Below are positions 44,920 to 56,027 of a DNA stretch of 64,000 nucleotides, in pieces. The stretch spans positions 248,001-312,000 of the forward strand of contig JAUPSS010000013.1 of NCBI GenBank assembly GCA_040285825.1. Reading direction: 5' to 3'. The DNA comes from Eukaryota sp. TZLM1-RC. Lineage: Eukaryota; Protista; Metamonada: BaSk clade. Each line of letters opens with the position of its first letter. The first letter of the stretch is position 1. Both the position numbers and the translations under genes were made by a program. The notes under the pieces are model-generated. The model did no database searches, was not told the DNA's origin, and worked only from the letters and a program-made list of their open reading frames with translations.

Positions 44920-47900
44920 CTAAATTAATTGAGCAAAAATTTTTCGTAATACACTTCTAGCATCCGCTTCACTCAATTGACTTATAGAGTTCAAGGCAAC
45001 TTCACAATCTCCAAAACCACAAATTTGGAAATCATCATCCCCTCTAGAAACAAAGTCTTTGGTGAAATCAATGGCTACCAAAGCTTTAAAAGCATTACCA
45101 GAATAGACACCAAATAAACAATTCAAAAAAGCAATTGATTTGGTAATCAAACTTGTTTGAGAAATTTGACCGGTCAAATTCTCAGGTAAGGAGCTCGTAA
45201 GGTCATAACACGTGTCACTGGTGAATGGTCTTGCGGATTCAAGGAGAAAGCTTGTAACAAAGCTGATACTCGATCCACTTACCGTAAACAAAAGCCGCTC
45301 CACCGTGCGAGTCATTTGCTTTTGAATGGGCAATAAGCTCAAAATCACTCTTCTTTGACCCACAATGACGTTAACAAGGTCAAAAGATGACGTAACCACT
45401 GGTAACCCCACTCCAAATGCATCTGAAACATAAAACAAATGATTTGAGCAGTTCTTTTTAACAAAATTCAAATCATTCCTATTGAATGAATCAAAAAGAC
45501 AAGAATTGGAAGAGATTTTTCTAATAACATTATACGTTGTTTGTGGATTAATAACAAAAGGCAAATGTTCAATATTTAAATCCTCGGAAACTGCAAAGGG
45601 TGTAAAATCAGAATGTGAGAAAATAAAGGAATTTTCGACATTTTGTCCGACAGTAACGTCATCTGATTGCCTAAAAAGGTCAATAATGTAATCATTAGTC
45701 GTCATTATTCTGATTGGTTGATCCTTACTGACAAGAGGTGACAAGGTGAAACTTTTGGTAGAAATTTCACGAGTATAGTTGATTTCCAATACAGAATCCA
45801 CAGAATTTAGATCAAAAAGAGACCTTGGAAGTTTTGTTGAAAAAATTGACCCTTCCGGCATGTCAGTTATAGAAAATAAACTTGAACAATTACCAAAAGG
45901 ACAAATAAAAGAATTAGGATTGTGGATATCATTAAATAATGATCCTCCGATTGATAATAGATGCCATTGTGTACTGGAAAATTTGGTAATAGGGATCAAT
46001 GACGAGAAGAGCTCAGCACTTACACTCAGAGAACTGGGAAAGATAGATAGGTTGAAATTTTCACCAAATTTTTCTGAAATATTATTTAAATATTCAATTC
46101 CAATACCATTTATCCACTTAATTCCACATTTGCCTAATTTTTGATAAACTGAATAACATTTTCCTGTTGAATTAACCAAATGAGATGGTAAATCCACTCT
46201 AATTAATTCTGGTAAAAGTTTTCTTAATTGAATTAAATCATCTAAAGCAAGAAAACTTAGGGGGTTAATGGTAAAGTCTATAAAAGATAGGGTTTTAAAA
46301 TTTGAATTTTTAAAAGCAGATACATTAATTCTAACGATTCCTCGATCTGACAGGTCCAAATTTTCGATTGGTGACGTCTCTGATGACGAGTCGGGATCAC
46401 CAGAATGAGCGACTAAAATAGCAAAAGTGGAGTAATTATGAGTGAATTTAGAGTTCAAAATTTCCAAGGTGGGACACGTTTCCAAAATTTTATCTGCAAC
46501 GTCGTGCCACGTGGCACTTTTTTCAATAGGGGTATCATTTAACCAAAGAGCTTTGAGGTTTGATAATCCATTTAAACCCTCAATCACATCATCAATCGAA
46601 TCTAATGGACATCCCCAGCAGGAAAGACTTTCCAAATCAGGAAACATGATTGATAGGTTCAAAACAGCTAGTGATGACGTGTCAGAGTCATCCAAATTCA
46701 AGGAAACGTCAGTTTTTGACTGGGAAGGTGAATAATCAGGAGTATCAATCACATAATCAGAATCAGTCAATTTCCAAAAATGATTGGCTGGAGGCTCAGA
46801 AATAATTGATTGAAGGTCAAAATCATGGTTGATGACGTGTGCGATTGTACTAAATTGATCTGGAAAAGAGCAATTAAAAACATGGAAAGAAAGGAAATCT
46901 AATCCAAGTCCTGGATTCTCAGTCGAAAACACGTGATCAATCAAATGAGGGTCAGAATAACGTTCAAATTGACCCTTTTTGACTGGGGTGACGCGAGCGA
47001 TCAAATCATCTGAAGACTCTTCAAGAGTGATTAAATCAGCAATGTTGACTTCTTGCTTAATTAATTTGGTGTAGATTGATTTCCACAAAGACAAAGGAAT
47101 TCGATTTTTGACAAAATAGGATCCATTTTGCAGCAGAAATGAGCAGAAACTAAGTAAATCATCAGAAAAGAAAATTTGGTTTAATTGTTCTGAATTGTAA
47201 ATTGAAAGAGAGTCTGTCACATCATCGTGGGTCAAAAAAGAACGTTGACGGTCAAGATTGATTGATTGATTGAAATACTTGGAAACTGATATATGAACAA
47301 CACCAAAATTTGGATAATTTTCTAAAATATTTCGAGTATTATTTAAAATTTTGTCATGAATTTCTTGCACGTCAACGCTGTCAACCCTACAATATACTGA
47401 TCTCTTCTCCAAATTTTCAAATATTTTCTGATTCTGACTGGCATCGACAACAATCATGGCTGAATTGATTGCAAAAAACAACGGAAAGTTGTAATCCAAC
47501 ACAACGACATTGGTAATTTTTAAAAATTCTTCATTGCTACAACAGGGATAGCCGACAAACTTGATCACGTCAGCAAGATCAAAATTCATCAAGAAACTCA
47601 ACGACTTTTGATCTAAACATTTAATTACCAATTGACAACCATAATTAACAACTTGGTCAAACAACAGGATAATAAGACTTGGATCTAATTGCGACTCATC
47701 CAGCACAAGCAAGACAAATGAAGGAGGTAGAGCAGCATTGAGAGGGGGGATGTAGGTGGTGGGGGGTGCTCCGTTGGGGTAGGTGGAGAGAAGAGGTGTT
47801 GATGTAGGAGAGGGTAGGTTGAGTTCGTGGAGGTTGAGAACGGGAATGTTGGCCATTTGAGACAGAACAGAAAATAGCTGAGTGAAGGGATCGGTATGAT

Positions 47901-48141
47901 CAAGGTGAAGAGAGTGGATGACGAAGGAGAATGAGGAAAGATCGGCAAGATCAGGAACAGTTGCAGGAATAAAAGTCGTGAGAGGAAAGCATGATGATAG
48001 CAAGGAAAGTGTGTGGAAAACTTGGTTGGGAGAAGAAGCTATCGTGGGAGAGACATACACAGTGCAGTTGGGAAGAAAAAAGTGACTAGCCTTGCATAGA
48101 GGCGTGGAGTGTGAAAGGGCAAGTGCAAACTTATTGCTCAT
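44920..48141 (-). CDS. Divergent TTLL12-like protein (LRR-containing form) with an N-terminal extension
   Basis: IPLSLWKSIYTKL, LIDHVFS, LKALWLNDTPI, CPTLEILNSKFT, LDLSDRGI and WHLLSIGGS...NPNSFICPF resemble TTLL12 motifs; the TTL domain is degenerate. Start could be 48201. Confidence 0.65.
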   Translation of the reverse strand: MSNKFALALSHSTPLCKASHFFLPNCTVYVSPTIASSPNQVFHTLSLLSSCFPLTTFIPATVPDLADLSSFSFVIHSLHLDHTDPFTQLFSVLSQMANIPVLNLHELNLPSPTSTPLLSTYPNGAPPTTYIPPLNAALPPSFVLLVLDESQLDPSLIILLFDQVVNYGCQLVIKCLDQKSLSFLMNFDLADVIKFVGYPCCSNEEFLKITNVVVLDYNFPLFFAINSAMIVVDASQNQKIFENLEKRSVYCRVDSVDVQEIHDKILNNTRNILENYPNFGVVHISVSKYFNQSINLDRQRSFLTHDDVTDSLSIYNSEQLNQIFFSDDLLSFCSFLLQNGSYFVKNRIPLSLWKSIYTKLIKQEVNIADLITLEESSDDLIARVTPVKKGQFERYSDPHLIDHVFSTENPGLGLDFLSFHVFNCSFPDQFSTIAHVINHDFDLQSIISEPPANHFWKLTDSDYVIDTPDYSPSQSKTDVSLNLDDSDTSSLAVLNLSIMFPDLESLSCWGCPLDSIDDVIEGLNGLSNLKALWLNDTPIEKSATWHDVADKILETCPTLEILNSKFTHNYSTFAILVAHSGDPDSSSETSPIENLDLSDRGIVRINVSAFKNSNFKTLSFIDFTINPLSFLALDDLIQLRKLLPELIRVDLPSHLVNSTGKCYSVYQKLGKCGIKWINGIGIEYLNNISEKFGENFNLSIFPSSLSVSAELFSSLIPITKFSSTQWHLLSIGGSLFNDIHNPNSFICPFGNCSSLFSITDMPEGSIFSTKLPRSLFDLNSVDSVLEINYTREISTKSFTLSPLVSKDQPIRIMTTNDYIIDLFRQSDDVTVGQNVENSFIFSHSDFTPFAVSEDLNIEHLPFVINPQTTYNVIRKISSNSCLFDSFNRNDLNFVKKNCSNHLFYVSDAFGVGLPVVTSSFDLVNVIVGQRRVILSLLPIQKQMTRTVERLLFTVSGSSISFVTSFLLESARPFTSDTCYDLTSSLPENLTGQISQTSLITKSIAFLNCLFGVYSGNAFKALVAIDFTKDFVSRGDDDFQICGFGDCEVALNSISQLSEADARSVLRKIFAQLI

Positions 48142-48249
48142 TAGCTTAAAACAAATTGGCTGGGATCGGATTTTGTTTTTGAATTTTCTAGAAGATATCA
48201 TTTTGCCGAAAGTCTTCTTGAAACAACAAACAGTCTATTTCTGCATAAT

Positions 48250-49250
48250 TTAAGGGAAAAAACATCTAGCTTGTCTCCTGGATTATGGCAATTATGTTTC
48301 CCTATAGCTATTCATGAAATTCCAGAAAGAAGTTTGTTTTTATGAAATTTGCGTTGAAAAAACTCCAAAGACATCTTTTGAAAAAATCTGGCAGTAAGGA
48401 TTTCATTGTTGACGTAGCACGGCTAAGCAAGAAAATCCTGCTTTAGCAAATTTTTTGATTGATTTGAAGGAGAGTTCATCTGCAGTTTTTTTGAACCGAA
48501 TTCCCCATGTTTGTGGGATATTTTTAATAACGAGCAATGGAATACTGCAATGAGAATGCGTTGTTATTTATGGCCTTGTAATTTGCCCAATGATTTGTTT
48601 TCCAAATGTGGAGCTGGTTTGCCTTGATCACATTTATTCAATTGCAACAGATATATTTCTTATCATTGTACTTTTTACGATGCTGTCAGAGATCAATGCA
48701 TGCAAGGTGTAATTCCCATCATATTGAATCATTTGTAGAACCGTTGTTGAGGTCTCTTGATATAAATGAAAACATAAGAGACTAAAAATATGGAAAACGA
48801 CGTGCTGATGTTGCTGTGCCCTCATCTGATGATGTCTTCAATGGTTTTTATGTTTTTACAGTGGATGTTTGCAAGAAAAATGCCTTGAAAATGCACAATC
48901 CCAAGTGTCCCCCCTTGATGACTCAGAATTGTACAAACGGAAGAAATATGCAAATCTTTTGAAAGAATTGAAACACGTTGGCCATTAGATTACCAAGCTT
49001 GCCCATTTGCTTTATAGTTGTATGGACGTTTGGGAAAAACTGCCATGAATTTTATTGATGATTTTGAAAATCTTCCAAGAGGAAACGTTTTGATCATCTT
49101 ATTTGGTTAAACTGTATTGTTTTTACTGTTTTCAGAACAATATCCTAAAATGATCTCGAAAGCTTTGCTGTTTGTCAGTGCACATTACGAAGACATTGCG
49201 GTTGTATGTTTTGATAGTGTGGAAGCTTGTTTTGAAGATTTTGATTCCTA
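48250..49250 (+). mobile_element. Decayed CRE-like 3' fragment, family D
   Basis: Remnants MRMRCYLWP, RADVAVP...VDVC, KRKKY and LYGRLGKTA, with many frameshifts. Confidence 0.75.
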
Positions 49251-49979
49251 GATACTATTTTTACAAATAAATTGAATTTAAAAAAAGATTAATGCAAGGC
49301 TCACATAATGATTTGGGTGATAAGATAAATCGCAGTGAACATCATGATGATCCAGGAAAGGAAGTTAGAGGTTAACAAAATTATTTGAAATTGAATCATG
49401 TCCCCATTTAGGTCTTTTGTATATATCGGGAAGATGACAACTTGGACAACTGCATAAAATGTGACACAACGTAGTAAGTTCAGATTGACCTAATGAGCAC
49501 ACTGTGATGATCTGCGTGGGTTATGACTGGACATGTACCTATGAGAAATGTAATGAGATTTTTTACGAAAGGAAAAGGATTTCCCTTGTCTCAAGCGCAT
49601 GGGCTCATCTGTACAATAAACTATATAAATAAGCTATAAATAGAAATGTTATCCAAGGCTAACAACTGGAGGCAATAGTGTAGAGCCATCAGACAATTTC
49701 CGAAACATATACCATCGATATAGATTGTCAGCAGTAGGTAATACATTCAAGGAAGAAAGAATTGCAAACTTAATCATTCTAGGAGGTAGATCAATCTACA
49801 TGGACAACCAATGATGATTAATTTTGCAATGCATGAAAGCTTTTGATACTTTTATAAAACCAATTATTGGTGAAGCTAGAGTAGAAATAAGGTATGATTG
49901 ATTGGTTTGACTAACCTCAGCCACGTTTTCATCAATTGTCATGTTGGGCTAGGTTAGTTACCAATAATTCATTCAACCA

Positions 49980-50100
49980 GAAAGTTGCATTAATTTGCAA
50001 AGACGAGTTTCTCAAGAAATCCTTCGATTTTCTGAGTTGGAAGAACAGAATTGTATTTTCGTTATTAAAAGCTCTTGCTCGTCAGAATAAGCTGAATAAC
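49980..50100 (+). mobile_element. Small CRE-like C-terminal fragment
   Basis: FDFLSWKNRIVFSLLK matches the families' WQNRIVFSIFK motif. Confidence 0.5.
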
Positions 50101-50329
50101 ATTACGGAATTTTATAACAAGTGAGTTGTTATGAAAGTGAATAGAGAAAATCTTTGGATATTCAATTGATGGGGTATTTAGTAGGTAAAAGCATTAGTAA
50201 AGGTTTTTGGTTAAGTTTTAAAATGTGTCTGTCCCAGGAATAAATTCGTTTTTTAAAAGAAATCCTTCTGATCAAACAATTGTAAATTCTGCAGCAAATA
50301 ACTTTTTATCATAATTTTATTTTGAATTA

Positions 50330-50704
50330 TTACAATTCATCATCTATTTTCATAATTAATATATTTAAACAGTGTGCAAGATGAACAAAACCTTTATCTG
50401 CAAAGAAGGAAATCCATGCCTCAGCTTCCTCATTGTCACCCTGGGGTCCTTGTTTCAACATGAGAACATAATCAACAAGGACCTTCTCAATAGTGTCAAG
50501 TGCCTTCTCTGTGAACACTGGTCTGTGAGATGACGTGAGGTCATGTGTCACGTTATGAACCAATCGTTTTATTTCAAATTCAAGAGGTGCAGGTAGCTTA
50601 TCCATATATGAGCTTGACTCTCTCACAGAAGTGATACCAAAGCCCTTTGCTACAAAGAAAGAAATCAAGCCTTTGACAATTGAGAAGTTGATATCCTTTT
50701 CCAA
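50330..50704 (-). pseudogene. Coding-like fragment of an unknown gene; 5' part frameshifted or missing
   Basis: 124-codon open frame without a proper ATG; the upstream frames are broken. Confidence 0.35.
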
Positions 50705-51365
50705 AATGATATTCTGAATTCATGGTCAGAGTGGACTGGAAAACTCAGGTTGCTACTTAACTCAAGTCAAGTTTCAGTGTTTCTTGAGTTGGGTTAAAGA
50801 TTGTTGATTGAAATTGATGCTGATATGTTTTCCCTTCAATGCGTCCACCCTGAAATAGAAGAGGTCCTCATAAACACCAACTGGACACCCTAGCTGAGGG
50901 TTTCTGCTACATCGTTTTTTGATTTTTTTGTAACTCACTTTCAATTGTATAACTTTGTTTGTTGAGAATAGGAGCTGGCATTCAAATCATTGGAATATCC
51001 ATTATTTTATTACTTTCTATACAATAGATAGAGATCAAAGGTATGTCTCAAAATGAGACTACCAAATTATCAAAATCAAGGAGAAACATTTCTGTCCAAT
51101 TTGACTTTTAGCGGTGAATGACACAAAACATTATTTCCCCAAACTCCAAGTCTACTATTGAAGTGCTACCTCAGGCTATTTCTTTAGATTATTTACCTAG
51201 TATGAATGAGTTAGGAACAACAGAAACAAGAGATCCGGCTCTAAAGTATATTAGTGGTCACGTATTTCTTTACAAATCAAAAGCACAGAATCTGAATAAT
51301 GTCTTTACACAGAAAGGGATGAGACCAATTTCAATGGTGGAGAGAATTAGATAAACAAAAGCACA

Positions 51366-51459
51366 GTGCACAAGGGCACGTGTTGATTCACGTGTTGAAC
51401 ACGTGCTTTGCACGCGTGTTTGAACACCGGTGTCCGAACACATGCCGTGTTTTGTGCAC
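51366..51459. repeat. GC-rich nested-palindrome element with clustered CACGTG motifs
   Basis: gtgcacaa.../...ttgtgcac ends; gcacgtgtt/aacacgtgc; acaccggtgt. Confidence 0.75.
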
Positions 51460-51747
51460 AATGAACAAAAGTCTGCTTTCATTTCATAAAATGTGCTGGG
51501 TTTATCCACCCAAATCAATAAACGCTGAAAACCACAAACAGTTCTGAAACTGTAGAAGTAATTGTATACCTAACTCATTGTATACCTAACTCAGCGATAA
51601 TGTTTTCTGTACATTATTATTCATTACTATTTTTGATGACGTTTACAAAACAATCACAATATATGAAACAATCATTTTTACCTCAAAAGCAGCACTTTTC
51701 CCATACCCCATTATTTTCTCTCCACCGGTCACTGAATTTTTGCCATT

Positions 51748-52225
51748 ATGCCCGCTCCATCTGTTCAACTTGAGGTACTGTCACCTTCTAATTACAAGGA
51801 TTCTCTCTTCACAAAAGACGAAATTGCCCAGTTTCTCTTAGTGAGTCTGGAACGTTTTGGAGATCCTTTAGAGGACATCCATAAGTGCCTGGATTATGCT
51901 TTCTCTGACAAGCCAGGCTTTGGCGGTGTATGTCTAGTCGCTTATCGTAAGAAGGAAATCCTTGGTGTTGTCGTTGTGAATGAAACCAACTTCAAGGGTT
52001 ACATTCCTGAAAACATTCTCGTTTACATTGCTGTGAAGGCCTCAACCCGTGGCCAAGGTATGAATTCATCATTTTTTAACCAAAGGTATTGGTAAATATC
52101 TACTTACAGAAACCAAGAAGCAAGTCAAAGGAGCCCTCGCCCTACATGTGGAACCTGACAATCCTGCAAGGTTCCTGTATCAATCAGTAGGATTTAGCAA
52201 CAAATATCTGGAAATGCGTTGGTAG
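51748..52225 (+). CDS. Bacterial-like GNAT N-acetyltransferase; intron 52058-52085
   Basis: Spliced product GYIPENILVYIAVKASTRGQ|GIGKYL...ALHVEPDNPARFLYQSVGFSNKYLEMRW*; the 28-nt intron splits the RGQGIG acetyl-CoA motif. Confidence 0.9.
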
Positions 52226-52919
52226 TTGAGCATGATTGAATCCTGTTTTGAACTGCCTTTTTTCTCAAATAACAACTGTAAATATTTTTTGTTCGATAAA
52301 CACTTTGTGATTCAACGGTTTAATCAAATGTGCAGCTCTTAGATGATCAATTTTCAGATGTCTACACTTGGCTCAATGTTGTCAATTTGTAACTAATTTT
52401 TATTGTATTGTCACAACCCAGTTTTCACAATTTATTCTTTGTACTCAATAAGTCAATAATCTGAATTATCCAGCTGCTGTTCTTTTCTGAGAGTCAAGTA
52501 ATCAGAAACAAAGAGCACATTTATATCAAATATTTGTGCAGTTTTACCTTTTGTGTTTTTCTGAAAGAAACACAACAATTGTTGCAAACCTTGTGCTTGA
52601 TTCGATTGTTGACTGGTTTTGGATCAACTTATGGAGGATCATTTATTGGTTTTTCTTCTGTTCTTCTAGTAAATTGTCTATTGCCTTTGGTTTCAGAATT
52701 TGCAACATCATTTTTCCCACTGAAAAACTATATAGTTGACATCTGTCAAGAAAAAACTACATTGGAATAGAATAATAACAATTTAATATTAGGGTCAAGC
52801 AAGTCATTGAATATAACTAACATGGACAGAATTGCCACAATTTTGCCATAGAACTCAGTCATGAAAGTAAACGAAACACGAAACCTTTCTTAAAAACCTT
52901 GTACTTTCTAATTTGACTG

Positions 52920-53380
52920 TTGACCCTGACTGAACTTCTTTTGGTGATAGTCGTGAAGATGTGTTAGTCCCAGGTGTTGAAGGATCAGCGGTTATTATGG
53001 ATGTGAGACCCACAGTTGCATCAAATGCTTCAAATGAAAAATTTAGATTATCTTAAGTTAAAAATTTAATTTTAAATTATGGACCTTTACATAGAGCTGG
53101 CCAAAATTGTCAAGTATGTAGAAAAATTGATATTTTCTATAGCAACTCAAAACGGATTACCTTCAGTATTCTTTTGCTTTCTCTTTTTTTGGAGCACTGG
53201 GTAAAACCGCTTTGTCATTTCCAGGTGGTTTTTTTCTCAAATTGTTAAAAGTTGAATTATTGGCCGAACCTTCTGGTATGAATTGTTTTCCATTTTTGAG
53301 CGAATGTACAGCCTGGTTTCTGGTTCGTTGTTATCACTTGGAAGATATTATGAAGAAAAGACTGTAGGTAAGTTTTTGAT
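52920..53380 (+). mobile_element. Decayed CRE-like RLE fragment
   Basis: FGDSREDVLVPGVEGSAVIMDV...NASNE...KIVKY...FGALGKTAL. Confidence 0.65.
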
Positions 53381-53555
53381 AACAAATGAGGAGATTTAAA
53401 AGAATTTTAGTGTATCAAAAATTCATTTTTTGATAATAATGAAATGGTTGTTGAGCAAAGGAAAATAAACAAATTGAGATTTGAAATTAACTTTAAAGTT
53501 GAATTAAATTGGAAAGGAATTACTTTATCCAAAAAAACAAAACAAAGCCACAGTT

Positions 53556-54743
53556 CTATTCAAAAAATACAACATCATCAAAGGACACTGAGGGAGATTC
53601 ATAAACAGCATCAGTGATAGTGACATTGTCAGCAATTGTGAGGGCCGTACAAATGATGGAATTCTTAATCTGGACATTCTTACCAATGGATGTATTCCCG
53701 GCAATGAAAGAACTAGTGATGTTAGTCTGGTCACCTACTACAACACCATCCAGCACTGTGGAGTTCTTGACTTGCACATGAGCTCCAAGCTCCACCCCCA
53801 ACCCTATCGAACTATTGATTATGGTGGAATCAACACCTCCAGAAATAGGACCCGAAAAAAGGCTATTCTTGATGGTTCCTGTGACCTCTGGATCCACTGA
53901 TATAGGAGTAACTACCTGTCTCAGTCCCCCTGTCACCACTTTGGAGCTAAGGGATAGAACATCCTTGGGAGATGTAAGATGAACCGTGAGACCTTCCTGT
54001 ACGTGTGCATACACTCCAGGATTCCTACTATCTGTAAGTGAATTTAGTATAAGTTTAGGGAGAATATCATGCCATAAAGAACCATTAGACTCTTGTTGCA
54101 GGATTTGGTTTAAACAAGGAAAGGAAAACAAAAACACTTGGGACGGACACAAATCTGTGCGAATGGAGATACGAGGAAAGCGTTGCAATAACCCAAAAGA
54201 CATTGTAAGCTCACTAGCGTCATCTAAATCAACATCAAGTTCTTCGCCGTCCATAATACCAACAACTTTATTACTACAGACTTGTTCAGTGAACAATGCA
54301 AAACTAGAGGCTATACTGGGTATCTTATCAGGCTTTGAGGCCAGGAAAACACAGCAAGCGTCTCTGATCCTGAAAAGATCGACCATATCATGAAATAATG
54401 AAGACATCACTGAACAGATAGAGGAAACAAAGACATCTCTTGTTATAAAATGTTTATCAATGAGTCGTTTTAGAACAACGACAGTACCCTCGTGTGGATC
54501 AGAGCTTTGCAAAGATATTTTCATAGATTCTCTATCGGATAAATGAACCGCAATGGCTTCAAAGTCGGAAGGTGGACATATAATGATGAGATCGGTAATG
54601 CCAAAACGTTCTAGAAGAGCAAGATGATAGTCGATCAGGGGAACATTACCCAGACGGAGAAGAGCAATAGGAAGATTTTGTGTAAGCTTGTCGACCTCGC
54701 CTTCTGGCCAGCAGAAGAGGACAGCTTGAAATTCAACAGTCAT
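53556..54743 (-). CDS. EIF2B3: Translation initiation factor eIF2B gamma subunit-like
   Basis: EFQAVL...LPIALLRLGNVPLIDYHL nucleotidyltransferase-like domain, LLQRFPRISIRTDL, C-terminal left-handed beta-helix. Confidence 0.8.
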   Translation of the reverse strand: MTVEFQAVLFCWPEGEVDKLTQNLPIALLRLGNVPLIDYHLALLERFGITDLIIICPPSDFEAIAVHLSDRESMKISLQSSDPHEGTVVVLKRLIDKHFITRDVFVSSICSVMSSLFHDMVDLFRIRDACCVFLASKPDKIPSIASSFALFTEQVCSNKVVGIMDGEELDVDLDDASELTMSFGLLQRFPRISIRTDLCPSQVFLFSFPCLNQILQQESNGSLWHDILPKLILNSLTDSRNPGVYAHVQEGLTVHLTSPKDVLSLSSKVVTGGLRQVVTPISVDPEVTGTIKNSLFSGPISGGVDSTIINSSIGLGVELGAHVQVKNSTVLDGVVVGDQTNITSSFIAGNTSIGKNVQIKNSIICTALTIADNVTITDAVYESPSVSFDDVVFFE

Positions 54744-54779
54744 TGTGATTTCTGATGAAATAAACTTGTAATTCCCACA

Positions 54780-56027
54780 ATGTCATCACCACAAAATGAC
54801 CATATATCTGAGCTTCAAGCTCTTGAAAAGAAATACAGACTAGCAGAGGATCGTGACAACACACGTTCCACTGCTCTTGAACTTCTCGATCTTTGCCGTC
54901 AGGTTTCAGTCGATCGTGCACTTACAGAACTCTCCACGCTGGTCAAAAAACGCCTTCAACAACCAGAAACAATCACAGCTATCGTTCGACATGTTCTCTC
55001 TTGGACCGACGACTTCACTGGCCAAGATGAATCATCCATTCAAATAAAACGTCGAATCCTAACCACAGTCAGAGACGCATCAGCTGGTAAACTCACAGTA
55101 GAAAAGGAACACGCCCTTGCCATTCGTCAGTTATCTAACCAGTACGTGTCCCTCAATGACATTGATAGCGCCGCCAAGGAGATCAAAGACCTGAGTCCTG
55201 AACAGATTGGTGCTTTTACACGTTCTGAAAGGATTGAAATGATTCTCTACCAAGTAGATCTCTTTCTCAAAACCAAGGACTTTATCCGGGCTGAGATATC
55301 ATTCCGCAAAATTACAATACGCTCTCTACAACACGAGGACGTCGAACCAAGGTTGAGGGTCATGTATTTTTTCCTAGCAACAAGAATTGCCCTGATAAGA
55401 GATGATTATTACACTACAAGCAGTGCATTTTATGACCTTTTCATCTCTTCAAAGTCACTCTCCTCTGATGATTCGGTGTTTAGTTTGTCTACTGGATCTC
55501 TCGCTTCCTCGGCCAGGTACCTATTACTTACTGAGCTGGGACCTGAAAGAAATACCTTGGCAGGAAGAGTAGTAGAGGAAGTTGTGAAAACTGGCCAAGA
55601 ATTGAAGGAAGTTGCACTTCTCCATAAGACATTGGGAACGTTATTGGTTGACTTGAACGAAGTGGATGCCTTGCCCAACGACGAAGACACGGGGGAACAT
55701 GTTCGTGGATGGAGGGAGCTGGTGAAGAGAGGCCTGGTTGATCACAATATTACAGTCGTTTCCAAGTTCTTTAGTCTAGTATCTTTTTCAAAGTTTGCAG
55801 AATTAGTCCAAGCAACTGAGGAATTTGCTGAAGAAAGACTAACTGTGTTGTTTGCAAATAATGTTGTTTATTGCAAGATCAACAGATTAGAGAGAATAAT
55901 TTCTTTTGAGAAGGAAAAGTCTTCTACTGCTGTGGTAAATGAATGGAGTTTTGCTTTGATGGGGGCTATAGAGAAGGTTGATAGGACTGTACATTTGATA
56001 GAAGTAGAGCAAAGTTTAGCCAAATAA
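54780..56027 (+). CDS. PSMD12: 26S proteasome lid subunit RPN5
   Basis: LQALEKKYRLAED, LVKKRLQ, GKLTVEKEHA, ERIEMILYQ, DHNITVVSKFF and YCKINR PCI motifs. Confidence 0.88.
   Translation: MSSPQNDHISELQALEKKYRLAEDRDNTRSTALELLDLCRQVSVDRALTELSTLVKKRLQQPETITAIVRHVLSWTDDFTGQDESSIQIKRRILTTVRDASAGKLTVEKEHALAIRQLSNQYVSLNDIDSAAKEIKDLSPEQIGAFTRSERIEMILYQVDLFLKTKDFIRAEISFRKITIRSLQHEDVEPRLRVMYFFLATRIALIRDDYYTTSSAFYDLFISSKSLSSDDSVFSLSTGSLASSARYLLLTELGPERNTLAGRVVEEVVKTGQELKEVALLHKTLGTLLVDLNEVDALPNDEDTGEHVRGWRELVKRGLVDHNITVVSKFFSLVSFSKFAELVQATEEFAEERLTVLFANNVVYCKINRLERIISFEKEKSSTAVVNEWSFALMGAIEKVDRTVHLIEVEQSLAK

Noticed and set aside
51561-51593. 16-bp tandem duplication; similar small duplications near 27831-27863 and 62015-62045
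   Set aside because: Ordinary slippage-type duplications with no further structure.
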